Positions 60,557 through 64,000 of a stretch of 64,000 bases of DNA are shown here, one piece after another. The position numbers and the translations under genes are program-made. The stretch's first letter is position 1; the number at the start of each line of letters is the position of its first letter. The notes under the pieces were generated by a model, which did not search any database, had not been told where the DNA came from, and was given only the letters and a program-made list of their open reading frames with translations. The DNA comes from Polyangiales bacterium (GTDB taxonomy: Bacteria; Myxococcota_A; Polyangia; Polyangiales; JADJQN01): contig CAXNJO010000016.1 of assembly GCA_964202905.1 (NCBI GenBank), positions 8,815 to 72,814 on the forward strand, in the 5' to 3' direction.

Positions 60557-60747
60557 GCGGGGCGGTCGACGGCCCTGCGTAGAACTCGATGACTACGGCG
60601 CTGCGACCACGGTGACCATCGCGGCGCATCCACATTGAACCCGCGCGCGGCGCTGCCTACCCTCGCCTCCGTTGCGTGAGGCGCTCGGCGCTTCGACGCA
60701 TCGGGGGGATCGCCATGCCTGCTTCGTCGCATTCGTCGGGTCGCGCC

Positions 60748-61891
60748 ATGTCGCGTGCCATGTCGTCCGTGTTCGTCACGTCCACGCGCTTCGCGCTCTG
60801 CGCTGCGCTGCTCGCGCTGTTTGCGGCGTGCGGCGTGCGGCGTGCGGCGTGCGGCGTGCGGCGGGGATGACACGCCCGCGCCCGTCGATGCGAGTGCGGT
60901 CGTCGATGCAGCGCCTGCCGACGCCGACCGGCTCGACACGGGCACGCCTGATGCGGGACCGCCCTGCGCCGACGACGATGGTGACGGTTACCGCGCAGCG
61001 GGCTGCGGCGGCGACGACTGCGACGACACGCTCAACACCGTGAATCCGCGCGCGGCCGAGCAGTGCAACGCCGGGATCGACGACGACTGCGATGGGCTCT
61101 CCGATGCGGCCGACGGCGTGTGCGTGCCCTGCGCGACGGGTTACGTGGGCTTCGACGGCGACTGCAGCGACGTGAACGAGTGCGCGACGCCGGGCTTCTG
61201 CGGCACGGGCGCCGCGAGCTGCACGAACGTGCCGGGCACTTTCGTGTGCACGTGCACGGCGGGCTTCACCACCGCGACCACGACGGGCGCGCTCTGCGAG
61301 AACGTCGACGAGTGCGCGGCCGCTGTGAATCCATGCGGCGCCGGCACGTGTACGGACAACGCCGGCTCCTACGCCTGCACGTGCTTGGGTGGCTATCGCG
61401 GCGTCAGCGCGCCCGCGATCGGCTGCGTGGACATCGATGAGTGCGCGGAAACCTCGGGCAACTGCGACGAATCTCCTTCGGCCGCATGCACGAACACACC
61501 GGGCCGCTTCACGTGTACGTGCCCCGCGGGCTACGAAGGCAGCGGCCGCGGCACCGAAGGCTGCAACGACATCGATGGTGTCGGCGTCGCGTCGGGTGGG
61601 GCCGTGATGGTCAGCACGGGTGTGGATTTTGCGCCGCGGATCGTGAACGTCGTCGTGACGACGGAGACAGGCACGACACGCACCTACGTGGTGAGCGTGG
61701 GGCGCGGTAGTGCCTATCTGAAGGCGTCGAACACGGGCGCAGTTGATCAGTTCGGCTCTGCCATGACCCTCTCCGCGGACGGCATGACGCTGGCCGTCGG
61801 CGCGCATGGAGAGGACTCGGCCGCGACGGGCATCGGCGGCGATCAGACGAGCAACGCCGCCACCGACTCGGGCGCGGTGTACGTGTTCTGA
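60748..61891 (+). pseudogene. EGF-like Ca-binding repeat lipoprotein, frameshifted by a 7-bp repeat and apparently internally deleted
   Basis: Signal/lipobox FAA-C in one frame, mature CGGDD in another; DCDD..VNPRAAEQC motif, DVNEC/NVDEC/DIDEC EGF repeats, single YLKASNT...GAVYVF blade. Confidence 0.75.
60822..60863. repeat. Heptanucleotide tandem repeat (TGCGGCG)6
   Basis: Read directly from the sequence, inside the lipobox coding region. Confidence 0.95.
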
Positions 61892-62157
61892 GACAGCCAG
61901 CCGGCTGGTTGTTTTGTGTGTGCACGCCTCGCACGGATCTCGCCATGCCCGGCGACGCACGACCAAACAGCGCGCATCGCGAGGATGATGGCGGGTCCCA
62001 TCGACGGCTTCTCGAATCCGCGCGGCCCTGTGCGTCCGCGCTGCGAGCGCGCCTCTGGCGCGATGCGGCCCGGACGACGCGGCTGCGGGGTGCGTGCTAG
62101 CGTCGCGCGACTTTCAGGGAGCTGCGGCGCAGAGGCCGGGCCGGAGGAGCGTCGCGA

Positions 62158-63990
62158 ATGTGCGGAATCGTCGGGTACGTGGGTGAGCAGCAGTGCGCGG
62201 ACATCCTGCTCGACGGACTGCGGCGCCTCGAGTACCGCGGCTACGACTCGGCCGGGCTCGCGGTGCACGACGGAACACGGCTCGAGGTGGTGCGCGCGGT
62301 GGGCAAGCTCGCGAACCTCGACAAGGCGCTCACGGCGCGGCCGCTCGCGGGGACGCTCGGCATCGGGCACACGCGCTGGGCGACGCACGGCCGGCCGAGC
62401 GAGGTGAACGCGCACCCGCACGTCTCGGGGCCGATCGCGGTCGTGCACAACGGCATCATCGAGAACCACGTCGCCCTGCGCCGCGAGATCGAGGCCGGCG
62501 GCGTGACGATGGCGAGCGACACCGACACGGAGATCGTCGCGCACCTCGTGCACGCGGGCGTGCGCGGCGGGCTCTCGCTCGAGGACGCCGTGCGCGGCGC
62601 GCTGCGGCGCATCACGGGCACCTACGCCATCGCCGTCGTCTCCACGGCCGAGCCGCGCAAGCTGGTCGTCGCGCGGCACGCCTCGCCGCTCGTGCTCGGC
62701 TTCGGCGAGGGCGAGACGTTCGCGGGTTCCGACGTGCCGGCGCTGCTGCCCTACACGCGCGCGATGACCTTCCTCGACGATGGGGATGTCGCGGTGCTCA
62801 CGCCGGCGGGTGCGCAGATCACGGACGTCGACGGGCAGCCGCTCGAGCGCCCGGTGCGCCAGATCGACTGGTCGCCGACGATGGCCGAGAAGGCCGGCTT
62901 CAAGCACTTCATGTTGAAGGAGATCCACGAGCAGCCGCGCGCCATCGAGGACACGCTGCGCGGGCGTCTCGACCGCGAGCAGGGCGACGTGGACGGCGCG
63001 GAGATCGGGCTCGCCGACATCGACCTCACGCAGATCGACCGCGTCTACCTGCTCGCCTGCGGCACCTCGCACCACGCGGCGCTCACGGGGCGCTACTGGC
63101 TCGAGCGGCTCGCGCGCATCCCGACGAACGTGGAGCTCGCGAGCGAGTTCCGCGGGCGTGACGCGATCATCGGGCCGCGCGATCTCGTCGTCGCGGTGAG
63201 CCAGTCGGGCGAGACGCTCGACACGCTGATGGCCGCGCGCGAGGCGAAGGCGCGCGGGGCGCGGGTGCTCGCCATCGCGAACGTGATCGGCAGCGCGATC
63301 CCGCGGATGGCGGACGGCGCCTTCTACACGCACGCGGGGCCGGAGATCGGCGTCGCCTCGACGAAGTGCTTCACGGCACAGCTCGCGGCGCTGCTCATGC
63401 TCGCGATCCACGTCGGCAAGCGCCGCGGGACGCTCGACGCCGCGCGCGCGCAGGCGCTCGTCGAGGGCATGGCGCGGCTCCCGGCGCAGATGCGCGAGGT
63501 CGTGCAGGGCACGCGGCAGCTCGTCGCGAACATCGCGCGGCGGCACGGCGAGGCGCGCGACGTACTCTTCCTCGGGCGCGGGCTCTCCTTCCCGATGGCG
63601 CTCGAGGGCGCGCTGAAGCTGAAGGAGGTCAGCTACGTGCACGCCGAGGGCTACGCCGCGGGCGAGATGAAGCACGGGCCGATCGCGCTCATCGACGCCG
63701 CGGTGCCCGTCGTCGTCGTCGCGCCGCGCGACGGCAGCTACGAGAAGACGATCGGGAACCTCCAGGAGGTGAAGGCGCGCGAGGGGCGCATCATCGCCGT
63801 GCTCACCGAGGGCGACGAGGAGGGCGCGAAGCTCTGCGACGACCACGTCGAGATCCCCGACGTGGACGAGGCGTTGACGCCGTTCCTCACCGTACTTCCG
63901 TTGCAGCTGTATTCGTATTACGTCGCCGACCACAAGGGCACCGACGTCGATCAGCCGCGCAACCTCGCGAAGACGGTCACCGTCGAATAG
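62158..63990 (+). CDS. glmS: Glutamine--fructose-6-phosphate aminotransferase (isomerizing)
   Basis: MCGIVGY, LEYRGYDSAG, GHTRWATHG, SQSGET, GVASTK, GEMKHGP, PRNLAKTVTVE. Confidence 0.98.
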   Translation: MCGIVGYVGEQQCADILLDGLRRLEYRGYDSAGLAVHDGTRLEVVRAVGKLANLDKALTARPLAGTLGIGHTRWATHGRPSEVNAHPHVSGPIAVVHNGIIENHVALRREIEAGGVTMASDTDTEIVAHLVHAGVRGGLSLEDAVRGALRRITGTYAIAVVSTAEPRKLVVARHASPLVLGFGEGETFAGSDVPALLPYTRAMTFLDDGDVAVLTPAGAQITDVDGQPLERPVRQIDWSPTMAEKAGFKHFMLKEIHEQPRAIEDTLRGRLDREQGDVDGAEIGLADIDLTQIDRVYLLACGTSHHAALTGRYWLERLARIPTNVELASEFRGRDAIIGPRDLVVAVSQSGETLDTLMAAREAKARGARVLAIANVIGSAIPRMADGAFYTHAGPEIGVASTKCFTAQLAALLMLAIHVGKRRGTLDAARAQALVEGMARLPAQMREVVQGTRQLVANIARRHGEARDVLFLGRGLSFPMALEGALKLKEVSYVHAEGYAAGEMKHGPIALIDAAVPVVVVAPRDGSYEKTIGNLQEVKAREGRIIAVLTEGDEEGAKLCDDHVEIPDVDEALTPFLTVLPLQLYSYYVADHKGTDVDQPRNLAKTVTVE

Positions 63991-64000
63991 CGGGGCGCGG

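Noticed and set aside
61892..62157. glmS ribozyme upstream of glmS
   Set aside because: Conserved core not recognisable; mainly a Firmicutes element

Overview
Very GC-rich bacterial chromosome segment. The gene content (Hanks kinases, TPR/PEGA protein, CdnL, EGF-repeat and Cys-rich lipoproteins) suggests a myxobacterium, probably Polyangiales-like; this is inference. Housekeeping genes: purB 3' end, purC, proS, aguAB, ilvE, dnaB-rplI-rpsR-rpsF-pth-rplY-prs, hisIE, cdnL, recA-cinA, glmS. Accessory genes: a CusCBA-like Cu/Ag efflux operon whose CusA carries a ~120-aa Met-rich insertion, an SNF2 helicase, an anthraniloyl/salicylyl-CoA monooxygenase, FadL, an M16 peptidase pair and a PLD. The most notable element is a four-gene cassette at 46920-49849 between hisIE and cdnL. 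It looks like a stand-alone type III secretion tip/translocon module (Bsp22/EspA-like filament-tip protein, SctE-like and SctB-like translocators), with no injectisome or chaperone genes in the window. Other observations: an orphan monocistronic FlgC-like gene, a recurring leaderless-promoter signature, a 7-bp repeat that frameshifts an EGF lipoprotein, an inverted-repeat divergent promoter and several operator-like repeat arrays. No rRNA, tRNA, CRISPR array or mobile element was recognised. All calls come from reading motifs by eye; no database searches were run.
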